This document shows positions 39,693-48,847 of a stretch of 61,401 bases of DNA, in pieces (position 1 is the stretch's first letter; the number at the start of each line of letters is the position of its first letter). A program made the translations under genes and the position numbers. Origin of the DNA: a virus (lineage: Duplodnaviria; Caudoviricetes); IMG/VR virus record IMGVR_UViG_3300036805_000115, positions 1 through 61,401 of that record; one strand, written 5' to 3'. The notes under the pieces are model-generated. The model searched no databases. It saw only the letters and a program-made list of their open reading frames with translations, and had not been told where the DNA came from.

Positions 39693-40550
39693 GCCCGGAA
39701 GTCGGCGGCCCGGCCCGCCGCGTTACGGCTGCCCATTGAGGAGCGTTTGTCGCGGGCGTCGCGTCGGGCGGCCATCATGTCCGGCCACGTCCCACCCTTG
39801 CGTCCGCCGGCGATCCAAAGCCCGGCGGCGATGAGTCCCACGAGCACGGCTGCGTCCTTGATGCGTCGCTTCACGACGTTCCTTTCGGTGGGGACCTATA
39901 GCGGAACCCCCGACCCTGCAGGGGCAGCATCGGGGGTTCCTCACACGCCGGGCTGTGCGGCATCCGCGTGCTCGGTTCAGGAAACGCGGACACCCCGGCG
40001 CAGTCAGGGGATGTTGTGGTTCATGTAGTTGGCGGTGGGGCACGGCCAGGGGTAGCTGCAGGATGCGCAGTGTTGGCCGTGGTGCTCCCGGCATTTCTTG
40101 TGCTCGCTGGTCGCCGCATGTCCGGCCAGGATCTCGACGTGACCGTCGGCGCCGGCGATGTGGATGTCGCCGTTGAACGATTCGAAGATGTCGGGCATCA
40201 GTCGCCTTCCTTCTCTAGTTCGGCGACGGCGCGCGGGTCGGTCTCGACGACCTTGCAGATGCGGCACTGGGGCGGGTTTTTCATGGCGCGGTCCCAGCTG
40301 GTCTGTTCACCCTGGAGGCCGCATCCGGTGCGGAGTGCCCGGGCGCGGGTCTTCATGGTCGTCACAACGGTCAGGTGGTCGCCCTGAGCGAAGGGCCGCC
40401 ATTGGGCCTTCGCTGTCCGGGGTGTGTTGGTGGACACAGCCGACCAGGGTAGTACCCACACGTATGCATAGGGAAGCACACGTGAGCAAACGTTGAGATG
40501 CGGACGCGTTCCTTGGGAAAGGTGCGCAGGCCGACGCGTACGTTGATCAT

Positions 40551-40802
40551 GTGAGCCGACGCCAGTTCGTACCCGAGCCAGACGGCCCGGTCTACCTGTA
40601 CGTGCAGCTGGCGGACTACCTTGCTGAGCTGATCTCGGCCGGAGAACTGCCGGTCGGCGGGCGGCTACCGGGCGAGCGGGACATGGTTGAGGAGTACGGC
40701 GTCTCGATTCGCACTGTTCGCCGGGCGGTGGAAGAACTGAGGGACCGTGATTTGGTGCAGACGGTGCCGGTCAAGGGGACGTTCGTGGTGAAGCGGGACT
40801 AG
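40551..40802 (+). CDS. Stand-alone GntR-family wHTH regulator
   Basis: YVQLAD...G.RLPGERDM...GVS..TVRRA...GTFV. Confidence 0.9.
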   Translation: MSRRQFVPEPDGPVYLYVQLADYLAELISAGELPVGGRLPGERDMVEEYGVSIRTVRRAVEELRDRDLVQTVPVKGTFVVKRD

Positions 40803-40803
40803 G

Positions 40804-40853
40804 TGTGTAGCGCGCTTGACAGGGTGTCCCGTAGATGTGTAGCGTGCTTTACA
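40804..40853 (+). promoter_or_regulatory. Promoter with two operator repeats
   Basis: TTGACA-N18-TAGCGT overlapped by TGTGTAGCGCGCTTGACA and TGTGTAGCGTGCTTTACA. Confidence 0.65.
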
Positions 40854-40882
40854 TACCGGGTACCGCGAGCACGGAGGACACC

Positions 40883-41308
40883 ATGACCACCACCTACGCC
40901 GCCCACATCGTCACAGACGCAGACCAGGGCTACGGCGACCCCGAGATCGTCATCATGACCGACGCCGCCGACGATGGATCAGCAGATTTCATCGCCAGCT
41001 ATCCACTCGACGGAACGGTCGAGCCCGACGCGGTACTCGCCGACAGCAACTGGCGCACGGTTGGCGAGCCGACCGAGGTGGACCGTGGATACACCATCGT
41101 GTCGGTCGTGCCCGCCGATGCGCTGATGCTGATCGGCCAGGCGACATTCTCGCGAGGACAAGCCGACCATGAGGCGCGGCGCAGGCAAACGGCATGGGAG
41201 ACGCTGGTCCGGGACGCGATGCTCGATGGCGGCTCGGCGGTCGCGATCGCCGAGGTGGCTGGAATCTCGCGGGAGCGGGTGTACCAGATCAAAGACGGAC
41301 GCCGCTGA
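40883..41308 (+). CDS. Protein with a C-terminal HTH
   Basis: GGSAVAIAEVAGISRERVYQI; RBS GGAGG. Confidence 0.75.
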   Translation: MTTTYAAHIVTDADQGYGDPEIVIMTDAADDGSADFIASYPLDGTVEPDAVLADSNWRTVGEPTEVDRGYTIVSVVPADALMLIGQATFSRGQADHEARRRQTAWETLVRDAMLDGGSAVAIAEVAGISRERVYQIKDGRR

Positions 41309-41550
41309 CGCGCGCGCCGCAATCCGCCAGCCAGCCTCACCTAGTTGGCCCGTCCTCGCGCGGGTCGCCATATCCCGGTGGCGGTGTCCACCCCTCGGCC
41401 AGCACCGCGGCTACAGCGCGCTCGGCGTCGCCGACCAGGAACGGCACGGTGCGTCGCGTGACCGAAGACTGCACACGCTTGTGGATCGCGTGGGCCAGCC
41501 GCTCACGCTCGCGCTCGAACCCGGCCACCTGCCCACCTGCTGCTCCTCGG

Positions 41551-42048
41551 TCAAGGCTTCCACTCCTCACGGCAATCCGGGTGTCCGGCGTGCGGCAGAG
41601 CGAGCAGGCGCAGGGTGGGGCAGCCAGTCGCAGGACCGATCACCGTCGGCGGCGTTCCGGGCGGGGTCATTTGATGCCACCGGTGGCCACATTCGGCGCA
41701 CTTCCGGGTGTCCCAGTACCAGTTCTCCAGATGCTTGTCCGGATGGTGGAGGTCGATGATCCGCCGTTTGGCGTCCACCTCGGCCAGCACACGGGCCGGA
41801 TCATGGCGGGCGACGTGTTCACTTTGGCCGTCGAGGTCGCTCATGACGTAGATCTGCTCGTTGAAAAGCACGGACGCGTTGTCCACGTCAATCGCGGTCA
41901 CGTTCTGCCCAGCTCCGTTGGCGTAGGACAGGCGGCGACCGCCGACGACCTTCCAACGCCTCCGGTCCCCGAAGTCGAACAGCCAGCGGTTGGCGATCTC
42001 CTCGTCCTCGTCGAGTCGGGCGCGGAGGAACGCGATCAGGTCATCCAC
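41551..42048 (-). CDS. DUF6221-like protein
   Basis: MDDLIAFLRARLDEDE...HVARHDPARVLAEVDAKRRI...TLRLLALP. Confidence 0.75.
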   Translation of the reverse strand: MDDLIAFLRARLDEDEEIANRWLFDFGDRRRWKVVGGRRLSYANGAGQNVTAIDVDNASVLFNEQIYVMSDLDGQSEHVARHDPARVLAEVDAKRRIIDLHHPDKHLENWYWDTRKCAECGHRWHQMTPPGTPPTVIGPATGCPTLRLLALPHAGHPDCREEWKP

Positions 42049-42511
42049 GAGCAGGTTCCCTTCCGATCTCTTCGCGCCAGCGATGCCCGCATGTACGGCA
42101 TTCTCGATCTATCTGCACACTCAGCAGTTCCCGGCGCACCACCCGGGTTTCGATCTCGATGGGCGCCGACATGTCCGCGACGACCTGAGCCGCGTCTGGC
42201 CCGACGATTTCGCCCACCCTTACCGCCTGGCCAGTGTGCTCACGATGGATCTCGCCGAACAAGTGATGCAGGCTTGTGAGACACCTCGGACACGTCGTCC
42301 ACGCCTGCACCTTGTCCACGGGCTCAAGTCGAGGGCAGTTATGGATGTACTCATGGGTCGCGTACAGGCGCCTGTCGTCGAGATCCTTGACGATATAGAC
42401 GGCGCCGCCACCTCGAAATTGGTCGCGCTTGTTGACCGCGTGCACCGTCATCGGACCGTGCGTCGGGTCAACGAACCGGTATCCAGGCGGGAACGCAATC
42501 AGGTCATCCAC
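42041..42511 (-). CDS. Hypothetical Zn-ribbon protein
   Basis: CPRC...ECRTCGHRW; begins with the same MDDLIAF as its neighbour. Confidence 0.55.
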   Translation of the reverse strand: MDDLIAFPPGYRFVDPTHGPMTVHAVNKRDQFRGGGAVYIVKDLDDRRLYATHEYIHNCPRLEPVDKVQAWTTCPRCLTSLHHLFGEIHREHTGQAVRVGEIVGPDAAQVVADMSAPIEIETRVVRRELLSVQIDRECRTCGHRWREEIGREPARG

Positions 42512-43441
42512 GGGAGCTGTTCCGTTCCATCCAGGGTGACCCGTCTATGCGCATCGCTCCGCACGCGCACCGGTCGACGCCATCAACGCGGCTGCTTGTC
42601 TGCGCCCAGCAACGGTGCCAGCGACGAGGCACCTTCGCCTCAAACCACGGCACCCCATCCTTATGCGTGATCCCCCGCCCGGCCTCAGCCTCGGCCAGTC
42701 CGGCCCGCAGGTCGCGCGGTATCGCCCAACCCTCATTGTCGAACTCCGTCGCGTCCAGTTCGTCCACGGGTTCCCGCTGGTCGCTGGCGTACAGGCTTGT
42801 CCACGCCTGCGCTTCATCGCCCTCTAGCCTCTTCCCCGATGGCAGAATGAGACCAGCGTCCGGTCCGAAATTTGCGCCGCCGAGGATCCGCAGTACGGCT
42901 TCGTCCTCGTCCATCGTTACCCCTCTTCTCGTCTCAGCCCGGGCTTTGCCATTCCGGCAACGACCGGATGGTGATGATGTCCGGCAAGGTCAGGCCATCC
43001 TTGCGCTTACCGTGATCTCGACACCACTTCTCGACGACCTGATCACGAGCGAGGATCAAACCTGCGTAGTCGGGTGCGGTGGACACCATCACGTCGCGAA
43101 CCTGGTCGGATCGCACGGTCTGGAACTCGTCGTGCGTGCCTCCGAACGGGATCCACTGTGGCCTCACATCCGCGATCATCCCCGCGTCGATCGTGACGCC
43201 CGGGTTCCGCACCGCCCGGCCACGCAGGTCCGCGACCCAGGCCCGACCGTTCGGCCCGGCGACCGCCCGTAACTCGCCCTGCGGCGTGCCACTGATCCGC
43301 GCCAACTCGACTGGGGCCCGGGCAGGCCTGATCCCGATCTTTCTGTGCCATCCGATGGTCACGGGCACCCCTCTTCTCGTCTCATCAGTCTGGCACCCAA
43401 GTGCCGCCGCGCCCCGAAGAACGCGGCGGCACTGGAGGCAA

Positions 43442-43666
43442 TCAACTGGGGCACTTGTCATTGACGCCGATCACGACGGCCGCCGACGGTGTCACCTGGA
43501 CCGCCTTCGTGTGGTTGGTGTGCCACCGCTCGTGGCACGTGACCGTCGTGCCCCGCACCGAATCCACCCTCCACTCCGGGGAGATCCCCACCAGGAAGAC
43601 GCCGAACACGAACAAGCCAACGAGGACGAGAAACGAGACTGCGACCTTCGATCCGATACCGGTCAT
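43442..43666 (-). CDS. Small membrane protein of the transfer operon
   Basis: N-terminal TM; coupled to the transglycosylase gene. Confidence 0.55.
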   Translation of the reverse strand: MTGIGSKVAVSFLVLVGLFVFGVFLVGISPEWRVDSVRGTTVTCHERWHTNHTKAVQVTPSAAVVIGVNDKCPS

Positions 43667-44172
43667 GACCTGTACTCCTTCGCTTTCCCGAGCACGTCAT
43701 TCACGTACTCGGATGAGTGGTTGTAAGAGAAAATTGCCTTCTGCAACTGGCCGGTGGAGGCGCCGTCGTCGCAGAGCTTGTGAGCCGCCGCCGGGATGGC
43801 GTTCCGCGGGTCGTAGATGGACGGACCCACGTCGGGGTGCCGTTTCCGCACCCCGTCCCACGTCGGCTGCAGGAACTGCATCGGCCCCTTCGCCCCCGCG
43901 AAGTTCGCGCCGGAATGCACCCCCGGCAACTTCGACTGGCCGTGGTTCGTCTCCACGTAGCCGATCGCCGCGAGCGATGCCCAATCCAGTCCCTTGCACT
44001 TCGGGGCGGACTGGTACAGGGCGTAGTAGTCAGCCGGGATGCCGTGCGCACTGCTGCCGCTCGCGGCACCACCGGACGGGTTGATCGCCTCAGCGGCAGG
44101 CTTGGAGAGGGCGACGACAGCAACCGCGACCACAAGCCACGGCCATGCGCCGCCCGAGGATTTCGGGGACAC
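43663..44172 (-). CDS. Secreted lytic transglycosylase (SLT family)
   Basis: Signal peptide; LAAIGYVETNHG, GAKGPMQFL..TW, AIFSYN.S..YV..V. Confidence 0.88.
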   Translation of the reverse strand: MSPKSSGGAWPWLVVAVAVVALSKPAAEAINPSGGAASGSSAHGIPADYYALYQSAPKCKGLDWASLAAIGYVETNHGQSKLPGVHSGANFAGAKGPMQFLQPTWDGVRKRHPDVGPSIYDPRNAIPAAAHKLCDDGASTGQLQKAIFSYNHSSEYVNDVLGKAKEYRS

Positions 44173-44271
44173 TGGGGTCTCCTGGTGCTCGAATGGGTAC
44201 GGGGACTCCCCGGCCGGGCGCGCGTTCCGCCAAGATCGATCGCGCCCGGGCGGGGCCTTACTGTGAGTCGT

Positions 44272-44454
44272 TCACCAATCCGGCTTCTCGCCGCGTCGCT
44301 GCGCCATGCGCCGCAAGGCGGCCGCGTCCGAACTGGTCGTGTCCTTGTTGCCGTCCTGGTCAATCGGACCCTTGTAGCCCGACTCGCGCAGGTCGAAGAA
44401 CTTCTTGTCCTTCGGCGTCTCCGGCTTGCGGTCCCAACGTCGTGACTTGCCCAT
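44272..44454 (-). CDS. Small basic hypothetical protein in the transfer operon
   Basis: DKKFFDLRESGYKGPIDQDG. Confidence 0.5.
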   Translation of the reverse strand: MGKSRRWDRKPETPKDKKFFDLRESGYKGPIDQDGNKDTTSSDAAALRRMAQRRGEKPDW

Positions 44455-44673
44455 CTCGATCACTCCTTCCACCGGCCGCGCTGGATCCATTCCAGGTCGG
44501 CCTTCAGTCGCGCCTTCCGCCGGTTCTCCGGAGTCTCGGCTTCAGCCTTCGCCGCCGCGGCCCGCGCGCGAGCTTTCTTCGCGATCTCAGCGTCCAACCT
44601 GGCGTCCTCCGCCAGCCGCTTCTTCAACTGCCGACGACTCACCCGATCCATGCCATCTCCTTCCTCGTGATCG

Positions 44674-44798
44674 AAAGTGGAACAAGGAGTGGACCACCGG
44701 CAGGCAAGTGGAAACCAACTCCGGCAGCCACTTGCCCCGTCCACTCGTACTGACCTGCAGAAACAGGGGAAAAGTGGATGAAGGGGAACGAGTGGAAC
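44674..44798. repeat. clt-like locus: clustered AGTGGA repeats directly downstream of traB
   Basis: AGTGGA at 44676, 44688, 44707, 44773, 44791; reverse copies at about 44728 and 44740; 9-bp inverted repeat GGCAAGTGG/CCACTTGCC. Confidence 0.6.
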
Positions 44799-44808
44799 GG
44801 CATCCAGA

Positions 44809-46983
44809 TCACCCCCGATCCGGGTCGTTTTCGCGGCGCGCGATCGCGGCCCGAACCTCAGCCAGGCGCACCATCGGCGACCCGTCCTTCAGCCGAACCG
44901 GCACACCCTGCTGCTGCCGCAACTGCCCGGCCAGAGCCTCACCCGACAACCCTGAGTAGGCGTCGGACATGTCCCGCAGCCTGCGCGCGACCTGGGGTGC
45001 GTACTCGTCCTCCCCGCGCAGCGCGGCCAGGACATCGGCCAGCAGATCCCGCACCTCCGCGGTCTCGCCGACCTCCACGGTTGTCGCCCACCGCCGGGCC
45101 TCCAGCGCGTGCTCAGCCACAGCAAACCCGTCGCTGCCGGAGATGTAGTGCGTGAACACCGTCTCCGAGGACTGCCCCTGCGGGATCGGCACACCGGGCC
45201 CGGTCACGATCACCACCCCGCGGTTCTCTGGGCGCAGCTCGTGCGGGGCGGCGCCAGCGCCGAACGCCTCATCGCCCATCGCCATGCGAGCCTGCTTGTC
45301 ATCCGCCAGCTTGAGGCTGGCCCGGATGTGCGCGCCGTCGCGGGCGAGTTTGGGAAAGTTCTGGTCAGTGGGGTTCTGGGTGCCCTGCCACAGCAGCACG
45401 TTCACCGCCCGGCCCTGGTTCTGGATCTTGCGCACCGCGGCAAGGAACCTGCTGTTGTTGGCCTTCCCGCCGTACGGCACCTTCTGCTCGTCGACCGCGG
45501 GGCACGTGTACGCGACCTGCGCTTCGTCGACGATGAAGACGATCGGATGGAACCCCAGCAGCCCCTCCGGCACGCCGTCCGGGTACTTGTCCGAGTCGAA
45601 CCCCTGCAGGCGTGACTCCAGCTCGTCGACCCCGTCTTCAAGCATCTCGGTCGCATTCACAACGTGCGTGTCGGTGGGGCCCTTGACGTACTCGGTGCAG
45701 AAAGGGCGCAGCGGGTTCCAGTCCCCGATGCCTTTCAGGTCGGCGCATCGGAACTCGACGGTCGGATCGTGCGCCAGCCACAACGCCAAGGCGCGAAGTG
45801 CAGCGGTCTTCCCCATGTTCGACAGACCGGTGATGAGCAGGTGCTTCTGCCAGAGATTGACCCCCACGACCCGGTCACGGAGGTTCTTCCCCCACGGCGC
45901 CGTGTCCCGCGCCATCGACACCCGGCCGGGCGGGTTCGTCACCAGCGGGGACGGCTCGATCGGCTCGGCCAGCGCACCGGGATCGGCGATCCACAGCTGC
46001 AGCGCGCGGGCCTGCTGCGGGACCGTGAGGAACAACTCGTGCTCGTGGCGCCCCAGATTCTCGGCGAGCCGCTGACGACGCTTCTTAATGTCGCCGGTGG
46101 AGATCCCCGAGGGGAACTGCACCGTCACTTCGACGCCGCGCCCGGCGAGGACGATCGTTGACAGCATCCCCGCCCCGCCGTCCTCCATCGCGTCGATCTT
46201 CTTGCGAAGCTCCGAAATCCCCAGGTCACGTACCGCTTTCACCACGATCGCCGGGGTGACGTGGTCGAGGTCCGCGCGCCGCTGCGCCGGAGTCTGCAGC
46301 CATACCGGCGGGGTGGCGTGCTTCCTGCCCTCCCGCCATGCGGCGAACACCAGCAGAAACGGTGCGGCGATCAGGAACGGCGTCCACACCCAGGCGACCA
46401 CCTGCGCGATCGTGAACACCGTGTCGATGACACCCATCACCACGGACCCGAACCGTCCGCCGGCCAGCTGGGCGACGACACCCGCGACCAGCGTGAACAC
46501 GACCACCACCACGAACACGATCACTGCGGTCGTCACGTAACCACGCACGATCTTGGGCAGGGCCTCACGCCGCTCCGAGCGCGACACCAGCGCCGCCTCC
46601 TGCCGGTCCATCCACTCGGCGAGCGCGACCTTGTCCCCGGCCTGCTCCGCGGCGCGGACCTGCCGGCGGTAGACGCGCATCGTGGACGCGTCGAGCCCCC
46701 GATGCCACCACGACGCCACGCCCTGCAGGACCGCGACAGCATGACGACCGAGCCCGCGGGCGACCCTGTGGGTCCGGTCGTCCTTCGCTATCCGCACCAC
46801 CGGCGTCGCGATGCGCCGAGCGATCGCAATCCGCGGCTGCGGCTCGGTGACGAGCTCTCCCTCAAGCGGGCCGTCAGCCTCAACAGGCTGAGCTGCAGCC
46901 CGCTTCTCGATCTCCTTTCCGGGTTCGACCCGGTCCGGGTCGTCCGGTTCCCGGCCACGGAAAGGAATGACCCTGCCGCTCAT
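44809..46983 (-). CDS. traB: TraB-like FtsK/SpoIIIE conjugative dsDNA translocase
   Basis: N-terminal TM pair; HLLITGLSNMGKT Walker A, ADLKG, IVFIVDEAQ Walker B, QGRAV..GTQNP; C-terminal wHTH-like domain (RDLLADV...). Confidence 0.85.
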   Translation of the reverse strand: MSGRVIPFRGREPDDPDRVEPGKEIEKRAAAQPVEADGPLEGELVTEPQPRIAIARRIATPVVRIAKDDRTHRVARGLGRHAVAVLQGVASWWHRGLDASTMRVYRRQVRAAEQAGDKVALAEWMDRQEAALVSRSERREALPKIVRGYVTTAVIVFVVVVVFTLVAGVVAQLAGGRFGSVVMGVIDTVFTIAQVVAWVWTPFLIAAPFLLVFAAWREGRKHATPPVWLQTPAQRRADLDHVTPAIVVKAVRDLGISELRKKIDAMEDGGAGMLSTIVLAGRGVEVTVQFPSGISTGDIKKRRQRLAENLGRHEHELFLTVPQQARALQLWIADPGALAEPIEPSPLVTNPPGRVSMARDTAPWGKNLRDRVVGVNLWQKHLLITGLSNMGKTAALRALALWLAHDPTVEFRCADLKGIGDWNPLRPFCTEYVKGPTDTHVVNATEMLEDGVDELESRLQGFDSDKYPDGVPEGLLGFHPIVFIVDEAQVAYTCPAVDEQKVPYGGKANNSRFLAAVRKIQNQGRAVNVLLWQGTQNPTDQNFPKLARDGAHIRASLKLADDKQARMAMGDEAFGAGAAPHELRPENRGVVIVTGPGVPIPQGQSSETVFTHYISGSDGFAVAEHALEARRWATTVEVGETAEVRDLLADVLAALRGEDEYAPQVARRLRDMSDAYSGLSGEALAGQLRQQQGVPVRLKDGSPMVRLAEVRAAIARRENDPDRG

Positions 46984-47732
46984 TCCTCATCAGCCCCGTC
47001 AGCTGATGCGACAGCCCGCCGGTCGTTCGTCACCATGCGCGCCAGCACTGACGCCAGGCCGAGCACGGCGACCGGGACACAGGCCACCAGGGCGGTGATG
47101 CCCCACGGTGCGGTGTGCACCCCGGCGGCAGACATGACGTGGTAGCCGACCTGCGCGAGCGCGCCCACCGTCAGGCTGATGAGCGCCGACCACCCGGCAA
47201 ACCTGGTGGTCCGGGCGCTGTACATCCCAGATGCGAGCCAGCAACCGACCGCGTACGCCCCGTACGCCTCGACGCTGATGGGCAGGACGATCGCGCTGTT
47301 GAGCCTGACGTCATCAGCCAGGCCGGGAAGGAGCTGGATGTCGCCGAACCCGGTCATCTGGCCGAGTCCGACCCAGCCGCCCCACACGGAGACGCCCGCG
47401 CCGAGCGCGATGACGAGGAGCGGCCAGGTGTGCCGGAGATGCGGGAACCGGCCGCCGCGTGGGGCCTGGTCGTCAGCTGTCGTGTCCTGCTGGCCGCTGC
47501 CGCCGTCCTCGCGCCTGATCGTCTTGAGTGCCGTCTGCACGGCGTGGCTGGTGAGTCCCGTGAGTTTGACGAGCGTCGGTCGCCCGGGGGATCCCTCTCC
47601 GCGGTCCACTGCGTCGGCGATGGCCTGACGCACGATGTCGACCGGTGATGGCTCGACGACCGTCAGGTCCGCGCGGTGCTCGTCGTTGCGTGCCGGTGAT
47701 CGTTCCGGGTCCGGCTGGGGACTACGGTTCAC
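46980..47732 (-). CDS. Spd-like multi-TM spread protein with an N-terminal HTH-like segment
   Basis: About four TM segments, VWGGWVGLG...LPISVEAY...VACVPVAVLG; ATGA-coupled to traB. Confidence 0.6.
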   Translation of the reverse strand: MNRSPQPDPERSPARNDEHRADLTVVEPSPVDIVRQAIADAVDRGEGSPGRPTLVKLTGLTSHAVQTALKTIRREDGGSGQQDTTADDQAPRGGRFPHLRHTWPLLVIALGAGVSVWGGWVGLGQMTGFGDIQLLPGLADDVRLNSAIVLPISVEAYGAYAVGCWLASGMYSARTTRFAGWSALISLTVGALAQVGYHVMSAAGVHTAPWGITALVACVPVAVLGLASVLARMVTNDRRAVASADGADEE

Positions 47733-47872
47733 GTGGGTCCACTCCTTGGGTGGATCAAGGGCCTCGGGCGCGGTGAGGTCGCTGCCCGGGGCCCGCCTGC
47801 ACTACTACTTGCTGCCGTCCGTCGGCCCGGTCCGTCGTATGCCGCTTCGACACCCCACTCCGAGGTGCTGGC

Positions 47873-48151
47873 TCATCGCGTCCAGTCCTTGACGTTGCCG
47901 CAGTAGATGTCCTTGGCCGCGAGCTGCTCGTTCACCGTTGCACCCCGCATGGCCTCGGCCATCAGCCGGTTCGCCCGGGAGCCGTCTTTCATCGCGCCGT
48001 AGGCGGCGCGTTCGTCGGCGCGCCACGCTGCGACGAGCTGTCGCACCTTGTCTGCCCGCGGGCCCGGCGTACGGGGCTGCCGGCGCGGCCACAGCGCGGC
48101 GGTCACGACCACCGCCCCGATGGTGAGCCACACGACGGTCTGGGTGGTCAT
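47873..48151 (-). CDS. Small membrane-anchored protein, first gene of the transfer operon
   Basis: N-terminal TM; RBS AAGGAG. Confidence 0.55.
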   Translation of the reverse strand: MTTQTVVWLTIGAVVVTAALWPRRQPRTPGPRADKVRQLVAAWRADERAAYGAMKDGSRANRLMAEAMRGATVNEQLAAKDIYCGNVKDWTR

Positions 48152-48244
48152 CGCTTCTCCTTCGCTGCCGTGGACCCGGCCGGTGGAATCCGGGGGCGGG
48201 ATCAACCACCGGCCGGGCTGCGCCGCCAACTTCCAGCGGCACAG

Positions 48245-48286
48245 GTGACATCATATGACCTCATGTGATGTTATGTCACGTGTCAC
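48245..48286. promoter_or_regulatory. Kor-type operator/divergent promoter region
   Basis: GTGACAT...ATGTCAC inverted repeat plus extra TGAC/GTCAC boxes between the tra operon and the GntR gene. Confidence 0.55.
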
Positions 48287-48318
48287 GGAGAAATATTCGG
48301 ACATGAGAAGTCACTAGG

Positions 48319-48600
48319 ATGTCGACCATGCAGAGGGACGAGGACCGCAGTGACCGGCTCGACAAAGACGGGCCGGTCACGCTGTCACATCAGGTGGCTG
48401 ACGACATCCGGGCCGACATCGGCGACGGGAAGCTCGCTGCCGGCGAACGACTTCCGCCGCTTGCGGATCTGTGCGAGATCTACGGGGTGTCCGCGCCGAC
48501 CATCCGGAGCGCGGTCGAGGAGCTGGCGCGCGACGGGAAGGTGTCGGTGGTCCGCGGCAAGGGAACTTTCGTGGCCGGTTCTGACACAAACCCTACATAA
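48319..48600 (+). CDS. GntR-family repressor (KorSA/TraR-like)
   Basis: QVADDIRADI..G....GERLP...YGVSAPTIR.A...GKGTFV; divergent from the traB operon. Confidence 0.85.
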   Translation: MSTMQRDEDRSDRLDKDGPVTLSHQVADDIRADIGDGKLAAGERLPPLADLCEIYGVSAPTIRSAVEELARDGKVSVVRGKGTFVAGSDTNPT

Positions 48601-48737
48601 ATGACAGCACATGGGTGCAGATGAGCGCACGCGAGAGCAAAGACAATTGCTCGCGCCGCAACCTCTGAACGGGCAAAGAACAAATGAGAACAACTGTAAG
48701 CGCCTGAGCGCAAACCTAGAAAATCAAGACCCATTGC

Positions 48738-48774
48738 TCAGCGGGTTCGGGGTTCGAGTCCCTGTTGGCGCACC
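48738..48774 (+). other. attP core matching the 3' half of a tRNA, most like tRNA-Lys(CTT)
   Basis: TCAGCGGGTTCGGGGTTCGAGTCCCTGTTGGCGCACC (T-arm plus acceptor strand) about 70 bp past the integrase stop; no 5' half present. Confidence 0.8.
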
Positions 48775-48847
48775 GAGGCCCAGGTCAACGACCTGGACCC
48801 TTCGCTTTTCTAGATCCACATCTCCAGTTCTGACAGAAACCCGACAT

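Noticed and set aside
44809-46983. FtsK ATPase as the genome packaging motor or a host chromosomal ftsK
   Set aside because: A normal terminase and portal are present, and the context (Spd-like gene, GntR, repeats) matches TraB rather than cell-division FtsK.
48738-48774. A second complete tRNA gene
   Set aside because: No D-arm or 5' acceptor strand upstream; it is an att core.
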